From an uncultured bacterium (lineage in GTDB: Bacteria > Omnitrophota > Gorgyraeia > Duberdicusellales > CBEUCJ01): a stretch of 64,000 nt of DNA. Location: the NCBI GenBank assembly GCA_965541615.1, contig CBEUCJ010000001.1, positions 67,754 through 131,753 on the forward strand, written 5' to 3'. Positions 9,670 to 19,935 of the stretch are shown one piece after another; within the stretch, counting starts at the first letter, position 1, and the number at the start of each line of letters is the position of its first letter. Under the pieces are notes generated by a model. It was not told the DNA's origin. It ran no database searches and saw only the letters and a program-made list of their open reading frames with translations. Both the position numbers and the translations under genes were made by a program.

Positions 9670-10210
9670 AAAAGAAATAAGAGAAATATTCAAAAAAATG
9701 GATAAAAATGAAATAAAAAGGAGGAGTAAGTATGTTAGAGAAAATTTACAAAAATTTGTTTTTTATAAAAGAGCAAAAAGAATACTTTTTTATGCCTCCA
9801 AAGAAGATGAAGTAGATACTTGGAGTTTAATGAGGGGAGCACTCAGAGAAAATAAAAAAGTTTATCTACCAAAGATTAAAGATAAAAATTTGGAGATCTA
9901 TGAAATAAAAGATTTAAAAAGGGATTTAGAAACTGGTAGTTACAGTATTTTGGAACCTAAAGAAACTTGCACAAAATTAGAAGATATAGAAAAATTAGAT
10001 TTGATTCTAGTCCCTTTGAGAGCAGCAGATCTTAATAAAAATAGAATTGGGAGAGGAAAAGGATTCTATGATAGATTTTTGAAGAAGATAAATTCTAAAA
10101 ATATAAAAAAAATAGGACTGTGTTTTTCCTTTCAAGTCTTTGAGTGCCTCCCCTCTAAGAAACAGGACGTAAGATTAGATTTTTTAATCACTGACAAAGG
10201 AATAATTTAA
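9638..10210 (+). CDS. 5-formyltetrahydrofolate cyclo-ligase (YgfA/Fau)
   Basis: KEKIRKE, DEVDT, ILEP, DLILVP..AAD...NRIGRGKGFYDRFL; ATG at 9638 preferred over the longer ORF. Confidence 0.93.
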   Translation: MIKVKSKEKIRKEIREIFKKMDKNEIKRRSKYVRENLQKFVFYKRAKRILFYASKEDEVDTWSLMRGALRENKKVYLPKIKDKNLEIYEIKDLKRDLETGSYSILEPKETCTKLEDIEKLDLILVPLRAADLNKNRIGRGKGFYDRFLKKINSKNIKKIGLCFSFQVFECLPSKKQDVRLDFLITDKGII

Positions 10211-10248
10211 ACATCTAAACCTCTATTTCTGTGAGGAGGTGAAGATAT

Positions 10249-11790
10249 ATGATGAGTTTAATATTTCTCCTTATAGGTTTTGGAATAGGAATCCCTTTAG
10301 GAATATATCTTCAAAATAGAAAGATAAAAAAAGCAAAAGAGAGTGCAAAAAAGATAATAGAATCTGCAAAATTTGAAGCTGAACAAATAAAAAGAAAACA
10401 AGAATTAGAACATAAAGAATACTTATTAAAATTAAAACAGGATTTTGAAAAGCAGACTAAAGAAAAAAGAGTTGAACTTCAAAACTTAGAGAGAAGGCTT
10501 CTTCAAAAAGAAGAAAATTTAGAAAGAAGGTTTAATTTTTTGGAAGAAAAAGAAAAGCAGCTCAATCAAAAACTTAATGAAATTTTAGAAAAAGAAAAAC
10601 AGGTGAATAAATTAAAAGAGAAATTAGTAGAAGTATTAAATAAAGAAAAAGAGTTTCTCTATAAAATAAGCAATCTTACTCCTCAACAGGCAAAAGAAAT
10701 CTTATTACAAAAAATAGAAAATGAATTAAAAAAAGAAAAAGCTTTGAGATTAAAACAATTAGAAGAAGAGATTAAACAAACAGCTACTAAAAGAGCAAGA
10801 GAGATTTTAACTTTAGCTATGCAGAAAGTATGTGTAGACCATACTCAGGAAACTACAATCAGTGTTGTGCAATTGCCTTCAGATGAAATGAAAGGAAGGA
10901 TCATAGGAAGAGAAGGAAGAAACATAAGGACATTTGAAATGCTCACAGGAGTAGATTTAGTAATTGATGATACTCCGGAGACCATTACCATTAGCTGCTT
11001 TGATCCTGTAAGAAGAGAAATAGCAAGAGTCGCCTTAGAAAAATTAATTCAGGATGGTAGAATCCATCCAGCCAGAATAGAAGAAGTTGTAGAAAAAACA
11101 AAACAAGAAATATATCAACAGATAATAGAGGCAGGAAAAGAAGTATGTTTAGAAACAGGTGTGCATAATTTGCATCCTGAATTGATAAAGCTATTAGGAA
11201 GATTAAAGTTTAGAACATCTTTTGGTCAAAATGCTCTGCAACATTCAAAAGAAGTAGCTTTATTAATGGGTAACTTAGCTTCTGAATTAGGTTTAGATGC
11301 TAAGATTGCTAAAAGAATAGGTCTGCTCCATGATATTGGAAAAGCTGTCGATCATCAGATCGAAGGTACACACGCCCAAATTGGAGCTGAGTTAGTTAAA
11401 AAATTCGGCGAATCAGAATTAGTAATCCAAGCTATCAGATCTCATCATGAAGAGACTGAACCCAAAAATATTTATGCAGTCTTAGCTATAATAGCAGATG
11501 CAATAAGTGCCACAAGGCCTGGAGCAAGGCGTGAAACTTTAGAAAGCTACATTCAAAGATTACAAAAATTAGAATCCATAGCTAAAAGCTTTGAAGGAGT
11601 GCAGAACTGTTATGCAATTCAAGCAGGTAGAGAAATAAGAGTAATAGTTGAACCTTCTAAAGTTTCAGATCAAGATGCTATAATTTTAGCTAGACAAATA
11701 AAGAAAAAAATAGAAGAAGAGACTGAATATCCAGGTCAGATAAAGATTACTGTTATTAGAGAAACGAGAGCTGTAGAATACGCAAAATGA
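10249..11790 (+). CDS. rny: Ribonuclease Y
   Basis: N-terminal TM, coiled coil, KH ([13 protein letters not shown]), HD (LLHDIGK), [10 protein letters not shown]. Confidence 0.97.
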   Translation: MMSLIFLLIGFGIGIPLGIYLQNRKIKKAKESAKKIIESAKFEAEQIKRKQELEHKEYLLKLKQDFEKQTKEKRVELQNLERRLLQKEENLERRFNFLEEKEKQLNQKLNEILEKEKQVNKLKEKLVEVLNKEKEFLYKISNLTPQQAKEILLQKIENELKKEKALRLKQLEEEIKQTATKRAREILTLAMQKVCVDHTQETTISVVQLPSDEMKGRIIGREGRNIRTFEMLTGVDLVIDDTPETITISCFDPVRREIARVALEKLIQDGRIHPARIEEVVEKTKQEIYQQIIEAGKEVCLETGVHNLHPELIKLLGRLKFRTSFGQNALQHSKEVALLMGNLASELGLDAKIAKRIGLLHDIGKAVDHQIEGTHAQIGAELVKKFGESELVIQAIRSHHEETEPKNIYAVLAIIADAISATRPGARRETLESYIQRLQKLESIAKSFEGVQNCYAIQAGREIRVIVEPSKVSDQDAIILARQIKKKIEEETEYPGQIKITVIRETRAVEYAK

Positions 11791-12566
11791 TAAGGGTTTT
11801 GTTCTGTGGAGATGTAGTAGGACCAGGTGGTAGAAAAGTCTTATTAGAGTTATTACCTGTATTAAAAGAAGAGTTTAATTTAAATTTCATAATAGTTAAT
11901 GGTGAAAATGCTGCAGGAGGTTCAGGTTTAGTACCTAGTGTAGTAAATGAATTATTCTTTTCAGGAGTAGATGTAATCACTACAGGAGATCACGTATGGA
12001 AGAAGAAAGAGATATTCAAAATAATAGATAAAGAGGAATTTCTTTTAAGACCTGCTAACTTCAAAAGAACACTTCCAGGTAAAGGTTTTTGCATTAAAGA
12101 GAAAGATGGAGTAAAATTATGTGTGATAAATTTAATAGGAAGAGTGTTCATGAATCCTGTAGAATGTCCTTTCTTAAGAGTAAGAGAAATCTTAGAAGAA
12201 GTAAAAAAAATAACTCCTAACATAATCGTAGATTTTCATGCAGAAGCTACATCTGAAAAAAAAGCTTTAGGGTATTTTTTAGAAAAAAAAGTCTCAGCTG
12301 TAATCGGCACTCACACCCATGTACCCACAGCTGATGAGACTATCTTATCTAACCATACAGCTTATATAACAGATGTAGGAATGACAGGAAGCTTAGACTC
12401 AGTATTAGGAAGAGAAAAAGAAAAAGTAATAGAACATTTTTTAACAGATTTACCTAAAAGATTTGATGTCTCAAATAAAGATTTAGGTTTGCAAGCAGTC
12501 TTAATAGAAATAGATGAAAATACAGGTAGAGCTTTAAGTATTAAAAGATTGGAAAGGAGGATTTAA
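11787..12566 (+). CDS. YmdB/TIGR00282-type metallophosphoesterase
   Basis: [36 protein letters not shown]; downstream of rny. Confidence 0.93.
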   Translation: MIRVLFCGDVVGPGGRKVLLELLPVLKEEFNLNFIIVNGENAAGGSGLVPSVVNELFFSGVDVITTGDHVWKKKEIFKIIDKEEFLLRPANFKRTLPGKGFCIKEKDGVKLCVINLIGRVFMNPVECPFLRVREILEEVKKITPNIIVDFHAEATSEKKALGYFLEKKVSAVIGTHTHVPTADETILSNHTAYITDVGMTGSLDSVLGREKEKVIEHFLTDLPKRFDVSNKDLGLQAVLIEIDENTGRALSIKRLERRI

Positions 12567-12928
12567 TGTGGGATGGGATCAATAGGAGGAAATTCCCTAG
12601 GGCTCATTTTCCTTGTAAAATAATTATTCTTTCTTCAGAACATCCTAAAAGTTTTACTACAAAAACTGAAAATATAGGATGTGGAGGAGTCTGTGTAGTC
12701 CTCCCAAAACCATTAAAACTCTTTTCTATCGTAGGAATACAACTATTTTTAGAAGAAAAATCTTCACCTATTGAATGTTCAGGAAGAATAGTCTGGGTAG
12801 TAGGAAGAAAAAGTTCTAAAAGTTTTAAACCTGAATCTTTTGATACAGGTATAGAATTTGTAGATATAAAAGAAGAAGATATCGAAAAGATTGCAAAGTT
12901 AGTAGAAAAACTCTCAAAAGAAAAATGA
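12566..12928 (+). CDS. Stand-alone PilZ domain protein
   Basis: RRKFPR (RxxxR) and NIGCGG (N/DxSxxG-like) c-di-GMP motifs; GRIVW...GIEF. Confidence 0.85.
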   Translation: MWDGINRRKFPRAHFPCKIIILSSEHPKSFTTKTENIGCGGVCVVLPKPLKLFSIVGIQLFLEEKSSPIECSGRIVWVVGRKSSKSFKPESFDTGIEFVDIKEEDIEKIAKLVEKLSKEK

Positions 12929-14796
12929 TTTTAGAAAAAATAAATTCTCCTCAAGATATAAAAAAACTTGGGATTAAAGATTTAAAGATTTTATGCAAAG
13001 AGATAAGAGATTACATAATAGAAGTAGTCTCAGAAACAGGAGGACATTTAGCCTCAAACTTAGGAGTAGTAGAATTAAGTGTTGCTCTTCATTATGTACT
13101 CAATACTCCTCATGATAAAATCATCTTTGATACAGGTCACCAATGTTATACTCATAAGATCCTTACTGGTAGATTCAGAGATTTTAAAAATTTAAGAAGA
13201 TTAGAAGGGATAAGTGGGTTCCCAGCTCCTTCTGAATCTGAATACGATGTATTCTATACAGGTCATGCTTCAAATGCAGTTTCACTAGGTCTGGGTTTGG
13301 TCTGTGCAAGAGATTTAGAAAATAAAGATTTTAAAGTCGTGTGTGTGGTGGGAGATGGAGCTCTATCAGGTGGTCAGACTTTTGAAGGATTAAACAATGC
13401 AGGTGAATTAAAGAAAGATTTATTAATAATCTTAAATTCCAATGAAATGTCAATATCTAAATGTGTAGGAGCAATATCTGTTTACTTAAACAGAATAATT
13501 ACTTCTCCTATTTACAATAGATTAAAATCTGAGATCTCTAAATTCATAGAATCTTTTCCTAAATTTGGCAAAAGAATGACAAATTTAATTAAGAAATTTG
13601 AAGAAGGATTAAAGAATATTTTGGTTCCAGGAATCATCTTTGAAGAATTAGGATTCAGATACTTTGGACCTATAGACGGACATAATTTAAAAATATTGAT
13701 CTCCACTTTAAAGAATGTATTAAAAATAAAAGGTCCAAAAGTCTTACATGTAGTTACCAAAAAAGGCAAAGGTTATGTATTCAGCGAACAAAATCCTGAA
13801 AAATTTCACTCAAGTCCACCTTTTATAATCCAGACAGGTGATCCTAAAAAACCTAAAACTGAAAGCTTTACAGATGTTTTTAGCAAAAAAATAGTAGAAT
13901 TAGCCAAAAAAGATAAAAAAATAGTAGCTATTACTGCTGCTATGAAAAAGGGGACAGGTTTAGATAAATTTGAAGCTGAATTCAAAGACAGATTTTTTGA
14001 TGTAGGGATCTGTGAAGAACATGCTGTAAGTTTTTCTGCAGGTTTAGCAAAGTTGGGATTTAAACCTTTTGTCTGTATTTATTCTACATTCTTACAGAGA
14101 GCTTATGATCAGATAATGCAGGATGTATGTCTGCAAAATTTAAAAGTAGTCTTTATTTTAGACAGGGCAGGTTTAGTAGGAGAAGACGGTCCCACTCACC
14201 ATGGAAATTTTGATATAGCTTATTTGAGAACTATACCCAGATTAATAATTACAGCTCCAAAAGATAAAGAAGAATTAGAAGATTTTTTAGAATTTTCATT
14301 AAATGTTAATGGTCCTATTAGCATAAGGTTTCCTAAAGATGAGAGCTTTTCTTTAAACAAAAGGACTCCCATTAAATTAGGAAAGGCTGAAATCTTAAAA
14401 GAGGGAAAAGACATAGCTTTATTATGCGTAGGTGTAATGTGTAAGTATGTATTTGAAATTTTAGAAGAATTAAAATCAAAAGGTATTTCGCCTTTAGTAG
14501 TAAATATGAGATTTATAAATCCTTTAGATGAAGATTTATTATTAAAAATAGCAAAAGAATTTAAATTGATAATTACTTTAGAAGAAGGAATCTTAGATGG
14601 AGGATTTGGTTCAGCAGTGTTAGAATTTTATGAAAAAAAAGATCTATTAGAAAAGATTAATATTAAAAGAATAGGATTAAAAAAAGATTTTATAACTTTT
14701 GGCAAAAGAGATGAGCTCTTAGAACTAAATGGATTGAAAGCCAAACCTCTCTTAAACCAGATCCTCAAATTTTTAAAAGAAACTATCTATGTATGA
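12925..14796 (+). CDS. dxs: 1-deoxy-D-xylulose-5-phosphate synthase
   Basis: GGHLASNLGVVEL, GHQCYTHKILTGR, GDGALSGG, YSTFLQRAYDQ, DGPTHHG. Confidence 0.97.
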   Translation: MILEKINSPQDIKKLGIKDLKILCKEIRDYIIEVVSETGGHLASNLGVVELSVALHYVLNTPHDKIIFDTGHQCYTHKILTGRFRDFKNLRRLEGISGFPAPSESEYDVFYTGHASNAVSLGLGLVCARDLENKDFKVVCVVGDGALSGGQTFEGLNNAGELKKDLLIILNSNEMSISKCVGAISVYLNRIITSPIYNRLKSEISKFIESFPKFGKRMTNLIKKFEEGLKNILVPGIIFEELGFRYFGPIDGHNLKILISTLKNVLKIKGPKVLHVVTKKGKGYVFSEQNPEKFHSSPPFIIQTGDPKKPKTESFTDVFSKKIVELAKKDKKIVAITAAMKKGTGLDKFEAEFKDRFFDVGICEEHAVSFSAGLAKLGFKPFVCIYSTFLQRAYDQIMQDVCLQNLKVVFILDRAGLVGEDGPTHHGNFDIAYLRTIPRLIITAPKDKEELEDFLEFSLNVNGPISIRFPKDESFSLNKRTPIKLGKAEILKEGKDIALLCVGVMCKYVFEILEELKSKGISPLVVNMRFINPLDEDLLLKIAKEFKLIITLEEGILDGGFGSAVLEFYEKKDLLEKINIKRIGLKKDFITFGKRDELLELNGLKAKPLLNQILKFLKETIYV

Positions 14797-14995
14797 AGTA
14801 AAGATAGAAAAAGATAGATGCAAAGGTTGTGGTTTGTGCATTGAATTTTGTCCTCAAAAAAACTTAGAGTTTTCAAAAGACTTAAACAAAAGAGGAGTAA
14901 AATATGCAGTATTTAATAAAAATAAGAAATGTATAGGATGTAAATTTTGTTATCTTATGTGTCCAGATTCTTGTATTGAAATCTATGAAAGATAA
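14789..14995 (+). CDS. 2-oxoacid:ferredoxin oxidoreductase delta subunit (2x[4Fe-4S])
   Basis: Two CxxCxxCxxxCP motifs; precedes the alpha/beta/gamma subunits. Confidence 0.9.
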   Translation: MYEVKIEKDRCKGCGLCIEFCPQKNLEFSKDLNKRGVKYAVFNKNKKCIGCKFCYLMCPDSCIEIYER

Positions 14996-16034
14996 AAAAA
15001 TTTTCATTACAGGAAATGAGGCTATGGGTCTGGCAGCTATAAAAGCAGGCTGTAAATTTTATGCAGGCTATCCAATTACTCCTCAAAATGAGTTAACTGC
15101 TTTTATGGCTAGAGAACTCCCTAAAGCAGGAGGGGTATTTGTGCAGGCTGAATCAGAATTAGCTGCAATAAATATGATAATTGGAGCTGCGAGTGTAGGT
15201 GCCAGATGCATGACCTCTTCCTCATCACCTGGAATCTCTCTAAAACAAGAAGGCATTTCTTACATTGCTGGAATGCAACTACCATGTCTCATTATAAATG
15301 TAATGAGAGGAGGACCAGGGTTAGGTAATATTGCTCCTTCACAGTCTGATTATTTCCAAGCTACAAAAGGAGGAGGACACGGAGATTACAGATTAATAGT
15401 CTTAGCTCCAAATTCAGTCCAAGAAGCTTATGATCTGGTAATTTTAGGTTTTAATTTAGCAGATAAATACAGAAATCCAACGATGATCTTGTTAGATGCT
15501 ATGTTAGGACAGATGTCAGAATCTGTAATTTTAAAGAAACCAAAAATCTTGAAAGTTAAAAAAGACTGGAAAATAGATATTAAAAAAGATAGACCTCAAA
15601 GAATCATCAGATCTTTCTTTATAAAAGAAGGATTCTTAGAAAAACACAACCTGATTTTAAAAAGAAAGTATGAAAGAATAAAAAAGAAAGAACAGAGAGC
15701 ACAAGATTATAGAACTCAAGATGCCAAAATCTTAATTGTAAGCTTTGGGTCTCAAAGCAGGATCTCAAAAGAGGCAGTAGAAATTTTGAGAAAAAAAGGG
15801 ATAAAAGCAGGTCTATTTAGACCTATAACTTTATGGCCTTTTCCAGAAGATTCTCTTAAAAGAATCTCAAAAAAAGTAAAATTTATTTTAGTAGTCGAAC
15901 AGAACTTTGGTCAAATGGTAGAAGATGTGAGATTAGCAATTAGAGATAAAAAACCTGTTTATTTTTTTGGAAGAGCAGGTGGTGGAATACCTACAGCTAC
16001 ACAAATTGTAAATTTTATAAAAAAACTCTTATGA
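14985..16034 (+). CDS. 2-oxoacid:ferredoxin oxidoreductase alpha subunit (VorB/KorA-like)
   Basis: GNEA, YAGYPITPQ, QAESELAA, TSSSSPGISLKQE, RGGPGLG. Confidence 0.92.
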   Translation: MKDKKIFITGNEAMGLAAIKAGCKFYAGYPITPQNELTAFMARELPKAGGVFVQAESELAAINMIIGAASVGARCMTSSSSPGISLKQEGISYIAGMQLPCLIINVMRGGPGLGNIAPSQSDYFQATKGGGHGDYRLIVLAPNSVQEAYDLVILGFNLADKYRNPTMILLDAMLGQMSESVILKKPKILKVKKDWKIDIKKDRPQRIIRSFFIKEGFLEKHNLILKRKYERIKKKEQRAQDYRTQDAKILIVSFGSQSRISKEAVEILRKKGIKAGLFRPITLWPFPEDSLKRISKKVKFILVVEQNFGQMVEDVRLAIRDKKPVYFFGRAGGGIPTATQIVNFIKKLL

Positions 16035-16762
16035 AAAAGATAACCAAAACTCCTTCAGTCCTAAAACCAAATCCTACTCATTATTGTCCTGGTTGCGGTC
16101 ATGGAATAGTGCATAGAATAATCTGTGAAGTTATAGAAGAATTAGGAATAAAAGAAAAAACAGTAGGAGTAGCTTCTGTAGGATGTAGTGTGATAATTTA
16201 TGATTATATAGATGTTGATTTCTGTGAATCTGCTCATGGAAGAGCTTTGGCTACTGCTACAGGTATTAAGAGATGTAGACCAGACCTAATAGTCTTTACT
16301 TATCAAGGAGATGGAGATTTAGCTTCAATAGGAGTAGCTGAAACCTTACATGCAGCAAATCGTGGTGAGAATTTAACTTGCATTTTTATAAATAATACTT
16401 GTTATGGAATGACAGGTGGTCAAATGGCACCTACTACTCTAGTAAATCAAGTAACTGCTACCACACCTTTTGGTAGAAAACCTGAAAGAGGAGAAGGTCA
16501 TCCTTTAAAGATATCTGAAATTTTAGCAAGTTTAGATGGAGTATGTTTTGTAGAAAGAGTTTCAGTTTCAAATCCTAAAAATGTATTAAAGGCTAAACAA
16601 GCTATAAAACAGGCTTTTATAAATCAAATAGAAAATAAAGGATTCTCTTTAGTAGAAGTCTTAAGTATGTGCCCTACTATATGGAGAAAGACTCCTTCCC
16701 AAGCTTGTAAATGGATAGATGAAGAGGTAACCAAAACTTATCCTTTAGGAAGAATCAAATGA
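16031..16762 (+). CDS. 2-oxoacid:ferredoxin oxidoreductase beta subunit (TPP-binding)
   Basis: YCPGCGHG, GDGDLASIG, NNTCYGMTGGQ, EVLSMCPT. Confidence 0.92.
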   Translation: MKKITKTPSVLKPNPTHYCPGCGHGIVHRIICEVIEELGIKEKTVGVASVGCSVIIYDYIDVDFCESAHGRALATATGIKRCRPDLIVFTYQGDGDLASIGVAETLHAANRGENLTCIFINNTCYGMTGGQMAPTTLVNQVTATTPFGRKPERGEGHPLKISEILASLDGVCFVERVSVSNPKNVLKAKQAIKQAFINQIENKGFSLVEVLSMCPTIWRKTPSQACKWIDEEVTKTYPLGRIK

Positions 16763-17283
16763 AGAGGAGTCTTATAATTTCAGGTTTTGGGGGACAAGGC
16801 TTAATGTTCTTAGGTAAATTGATTTGTAAATCTGCTGTTCTAGAGGGGAAATATGCTACTCATATTCCTTCTTATGGAGCTGAAATGAGAGGAGGAACTG
16901 CTCATTGCTATGTATGTGTCTCAGATTCTGAAATATCTTCTCCTTACATAGAAAAACCAGATATATTAATAGTAATGAATCAACCTTCTTTAGAAAAATT
17001 TGAATCCAAATTAAAAAAAGGAGGGATATTAATAGGCAATAAATCTTTGATAAATACTTTCCCTAAAAGGAAAGATGTAAAAGTGTATCTTTATCCTTTA
17101 AATGAAATGGCGAACAAAATAGGTGAGGTAAAAGTAGCAAATTTGATAGCCTTAGGGATATTATTAAAAAAAGATGAGTTTGTAAAAAAAGAATCTGTAA
17201 TAAAGATCTTAAAAGAAACTCTTGATAGTAAACTTTTAGAATTGAATTTAAAAGCTTTAGAATTAGGATGGGAAATTCAGTAA
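16759..17283 (+). CDS. 2-oxoacid:ferredoxin oxidoreductase gamma subunit
   Basis: GFGGQG, SYGAEMRGG motifs. Confidence 0.92.
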   Translation: MKRSLIISGFGGQGLMFLGKLICKSAVLEGKYATHIPSYGAEMRGGTAHCYVCVSDSEISSPYIEKPDILIVMNQPSLEKFESKLKKGGILIGNKSLINTFPKRKDVKVYLYPLNEMANKIGEVKVANLIALGILLKKDEFVKKESVIKILKETLDSKLLELNLKALELGWEIQ

Positions 17284-18551
17284 GAGTAAGATTTGCACCT
17301 TCACCTACAGGTTTTTTACATATAGGCACAGCAAGGACTGCTCTTTTCAATTATGTGTATGCTAAAAGAAACAATGGAAAGTTCATTTTAAGAATAGAAG
17401 ATACAGATTTTAAAAGATCAAAACCTGAATTTCTGAATGAGATTTTAGATTCCTTAAAATGGTTAGGATTAGAACCTGATGAGATTTACTTTCAATCTGA
17501 AAGATTAGATATCTACAAAAAGTATGCACAAAAATTAGTAGATGAAGGTAAAGCTTTTTTAAAAGAAGGAGCTATAGTTTTTAAATATGAATTTCAAGAA
17601 GTTACATTTAAAGATTTAATTAGAGGTAAAATAAAATTCACAGAACTCCCAAAATCTGAAGAAGTCCTAATCAAAAGTGATGGAACTCCTACTTATAATT
17701 TTGCCTGTGTAATAGATGATGCACTTTTGGAAATAAGTTGTGTAATAAGAGGAGATGATCACATCTCTAACACTCCCAAACAAATTCTTCTATACAAAGC
17801 TTTAGGTTTTAAAATTCCAGAATTTGCACATTTGCCTATGATATTAGCAGAAGAAGGTGGTAAACTCTCAAAAAGAAAGGGAGCAGTTTCCATCAGAGAA
17901 TTCAGAGAACAAGGTTTTTTAGCTGAAGGAATTTGTAATTATCTTTTATTGTTAGGTTGGTCTCCAAAAAATAATCAAGAGATTATAACTTTAGAAGAGG
18001 CTATAAAGATATTTGATTTAAAAGATGTAAAAAAGACAGCAGCTACCTTTTCTATAGATAAATTAAAATGGGTAAATCAAAATCATATTAGAAAGAAAAG
18101 CACTCAAGAATTAAAAGAACTGTTAAAACCATTTTTAGAAAAGGAAAAAATAAATACTTCTGATTCTTATCTTGAAAAGGTTATCAGTTTATTTAAAGAA
18201 AGAATAAAAACTTTAAAAGATTTTTTAGAGTATTCAAAATATTTCTTTGTTGATACATTTGAGTTTGAAAAAGAAGCTTTAGAATTATTAAAGAAAAATT
18301 TAAAAAACGAATTTACTCTTTTAATAGAAAGGTTTAAAAATCTCTCAGATTTTAGAGCTCCTTTAATTGAAAAAGAATTCAGAGAGTTAGTAGCAGAATT
18401 GAATATAAAAGCAAAAGATTTAATCCATCCTGTAAGAGCAGCTTTATCTGGAAAAAGAATAGGACCTTCCTTATTTGAAATGATAGAAGTTTTAGGAAAA
18501 GATAGAGTTATAAAAAGATTAGAAAGAGCAAAAGAATTCATGGAGGTGTAA
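17268..18551 (+). CDS. gltX: Glutamyl-tRNA synthetase
   Basis: RFAPSPTGFLHIG, LRIEDTD, RGDDHISNT, KLSKR. Confidence 0.97.
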   Translation: MGNSVRVRFAPSPTGFLHIGTARTALFNYVYAKRNNGKFILRIEDTDFKRSKPEFLNEILDSLKWLGLEPDEIYFQSERLDIYKKYAQKLVDEGKAFLKEGAIVFKYEFQEVTFKDLIRGKIKFTELPKSEEVLIKSDGTPTYNFACVIDDALLEISCVIRGDDHISNTPKQILLYKALGFKIPEFAHLPMILAEEGGKLSKRKGAVSIREFREQGFLAEGICNYLLLLGWSPKNNQEIITLEEAIKIFDLKDVKKTAATFSIDKLKWVNQNHIRKKSTQELKELLKPFLEKEKINTSDSYLEKVISLFKERIKTLKDFLEYSKYFFVDTFEFEKEALELLKKNLKNEFTLLIERFKNLSDFRAPLIEKEFRELVAELNIKAKDLIHPVRAALSGKRIGPSLFEMIEVLGKDRVIKRLERAKEFMEV

Positions 18552-18554
18552 AAA

Positions 18555-18692
18555 ATGAAGTTCTTTTTAATCTTAATTTTGATCTTATCTTTGACAGGCT
18601 GCGGAACTATAAAAGGTCTTGTTGAAGGAATGAAATCTGACTATCAAAAACTCAAAGAGATAGATAAGTGGTTTCAAGAACACTACTGGTAA
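18555..18692 (+). CDS. Small (45 aa) lipoprotein, entericidin-like
   Basis: MKFFLILILILSLTGCGTIKGLVEGMKSDYQKLKEIDKWFQEHYW; GGAGG SD upstream; lipobox LTGC; below the ORF-track cutoff. Confidence 0.75.
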   Translation: MKFFLILILILSLTGCGTIKGLVEGMKSDYQKLKEIDKWFQEHYW

Positions 18693-18700
18693 GAATCTTT

Positions 18701-18771
18701 TGCCCGGTGGTGTAACGGTAGCACCCCAGGCTCTGGACCTGGTAGTCGTGGTTCGAATCCACGCCGGGCAG
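18701..18771 (+). tRNA. tRNA-Gln(CTG)
   Basis: TGCCCGG/CCGGGCA acceptor, anticodon loop CTCTGGA, GGTTCGAATCC. Confidence 0.95.
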
Positions 18772-19184
18772 GTTTTCCTCTAACTGAAGTATAAATATTG
18801 ATGATTCATCAACCAGCCTTTTGTTATTTGCTCCTTTCACAAAAAAGTATAGCTTCTTTCAATGACGTAGATTTTAAATATACTTTAGATAATTAGGAAT
18901 AAGTATGTCCATAAAGGTAAATGTAGTCTTTTATGTTTCAAAAAGGGGATGAATAAATATAGAAATAGAAAAAGAATACAATTTACTTATAAATTTGAGA
19001 AGTTTATTAATTCTATAGATGAGAGAGATTTAATGGATTTAAATAGACATTTGGATTGTTTATAGATTACTTAACTTTCTTGAAATAAATAATAAATAGA
19101 TATTGGCTTAACAAAGTAAAAGCATATTTTAGAAATATTTATGGTTAAATAAAATTTATGTTATAATTCTAAATGGAGGCTAAT

Positions 19185-19571
19185 ATGCAAGTAAAACCTA
19201 TAGTAAAAGCTTTTCTTATTGCAGATAAAGTTATGCGAGAGGAAGGGACTAAAAAGTGGAGTGTGATAGGTATATTTGACCGGATTTTTTCTAAAAATTT
19301 CCCTTGTATCCACCCAAGTTTAGCCTTATATATTAGATTAAGTAATGCAGAAGGTGAGTATAACGTTAAAATTGAGTTTTGTGAAATAGATGGGAAAGTT
19401 TTATCTCTATTCGAAGGAAAACTTAAGGTAGGTTCCAGATTAGCCACTCCAGAAATTGGGATTCAGACTTATAACCTTCCTTTACCAAAACCAGGGAGAT
19501 ATTTATTTAAGTTATATCTTAATGATGAATTTATTCAAGATTTTCCTATAGATGTTGTTCAAATAAAGTGA
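19185..19571 (+). CDS. Uncharacterised beta-rich protein (DUF6941-like)
   Basis: AFLIADKV.RE..TKKWSVIGIFDRI...FP...PGRY.F.LY pattern; extended -10 TGnTATAAT at 19159-19167 and GGAGG SD before ATG 19185. Confidence 0.6.
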   Translation: MQVKPIVKAFLIADKVMREEGTKKWSVIGIFDRIFSKNFPCIHPSLALYIRLSNAEGEYNVKIEFCEIDGKVLSLFEGKLKVGSRLATPEIGIQTYNLPLPKPGRYLFKLYLNDEFIQDFPIDVVQIK

Positions 19572-19587
19572 AAGGAGGTAATACATT

Positions 19588-19935
19588 ATGAGTCCAAAAT
19601 TGGAAATTAAAACAGAATTTATTCAGTCAGAAAAAAGTGGTGTTTCTTTAATTGAAGATATTTGGCAGACGCCAGCTACATATTTAATTAACAGATTAGG
19701 AAGAACTCCTCAAGTCAGATTAATAGGAGATAGATATTACCCAGAATATTTGCAAACTATTGTAGTTTTAGAAGACGATCCAGAAGGACTATTAGATAAA
19801 ATTTTTTCTATTGAAGTAGAGATGAGAAAAAAATTTAAGAATATAAACTTTGATCTTCGTGTTTGTGTAATTACTTCTGAAGAAGAAATAGAAAAGATGA
19901 AACAGGGACTTCTTATCCGATATGAACGAGTATGA
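19588..19935 (+). CDS. Degenerate minimal-nucleotidyltransferase (MNT)-like protein
   Basis: Size, IVVLED strand, FDLRV strand and terminal G..IRYER resemble the MNT fold, but the GS/DxD catalytic motif is absent; overlaps a HEPN gene. Confidence 0.45.
   Translation: MSPKLEIKTEFIQSEKSGVSLIEDIWQTPATYLINRLGRTPQVRLIGDRYYPEYLQTIVVLEDDPEGLLDKIFSIEVEMRKKFKNINFDLRVCVITSEEEIEKMKQGLLIRYERV

Noticed and set aside
18652-18840. 62-aa minus-strand ORF
   Set aside because: Overlaps tRNA-Gln antisense
18949-19065. 38-codon ORF (MNKYRNRKRIQF...) in the islet gap
   Set aside because: No recognisable motif and poor SD spacing; could be chance or a remnant
19125-19152. TTATGGTTAAAT resembling the XerD arm of dif
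   Set aside because: Extra base, no XerC arm, AT-rich context, and close to oriC rather than the terminus
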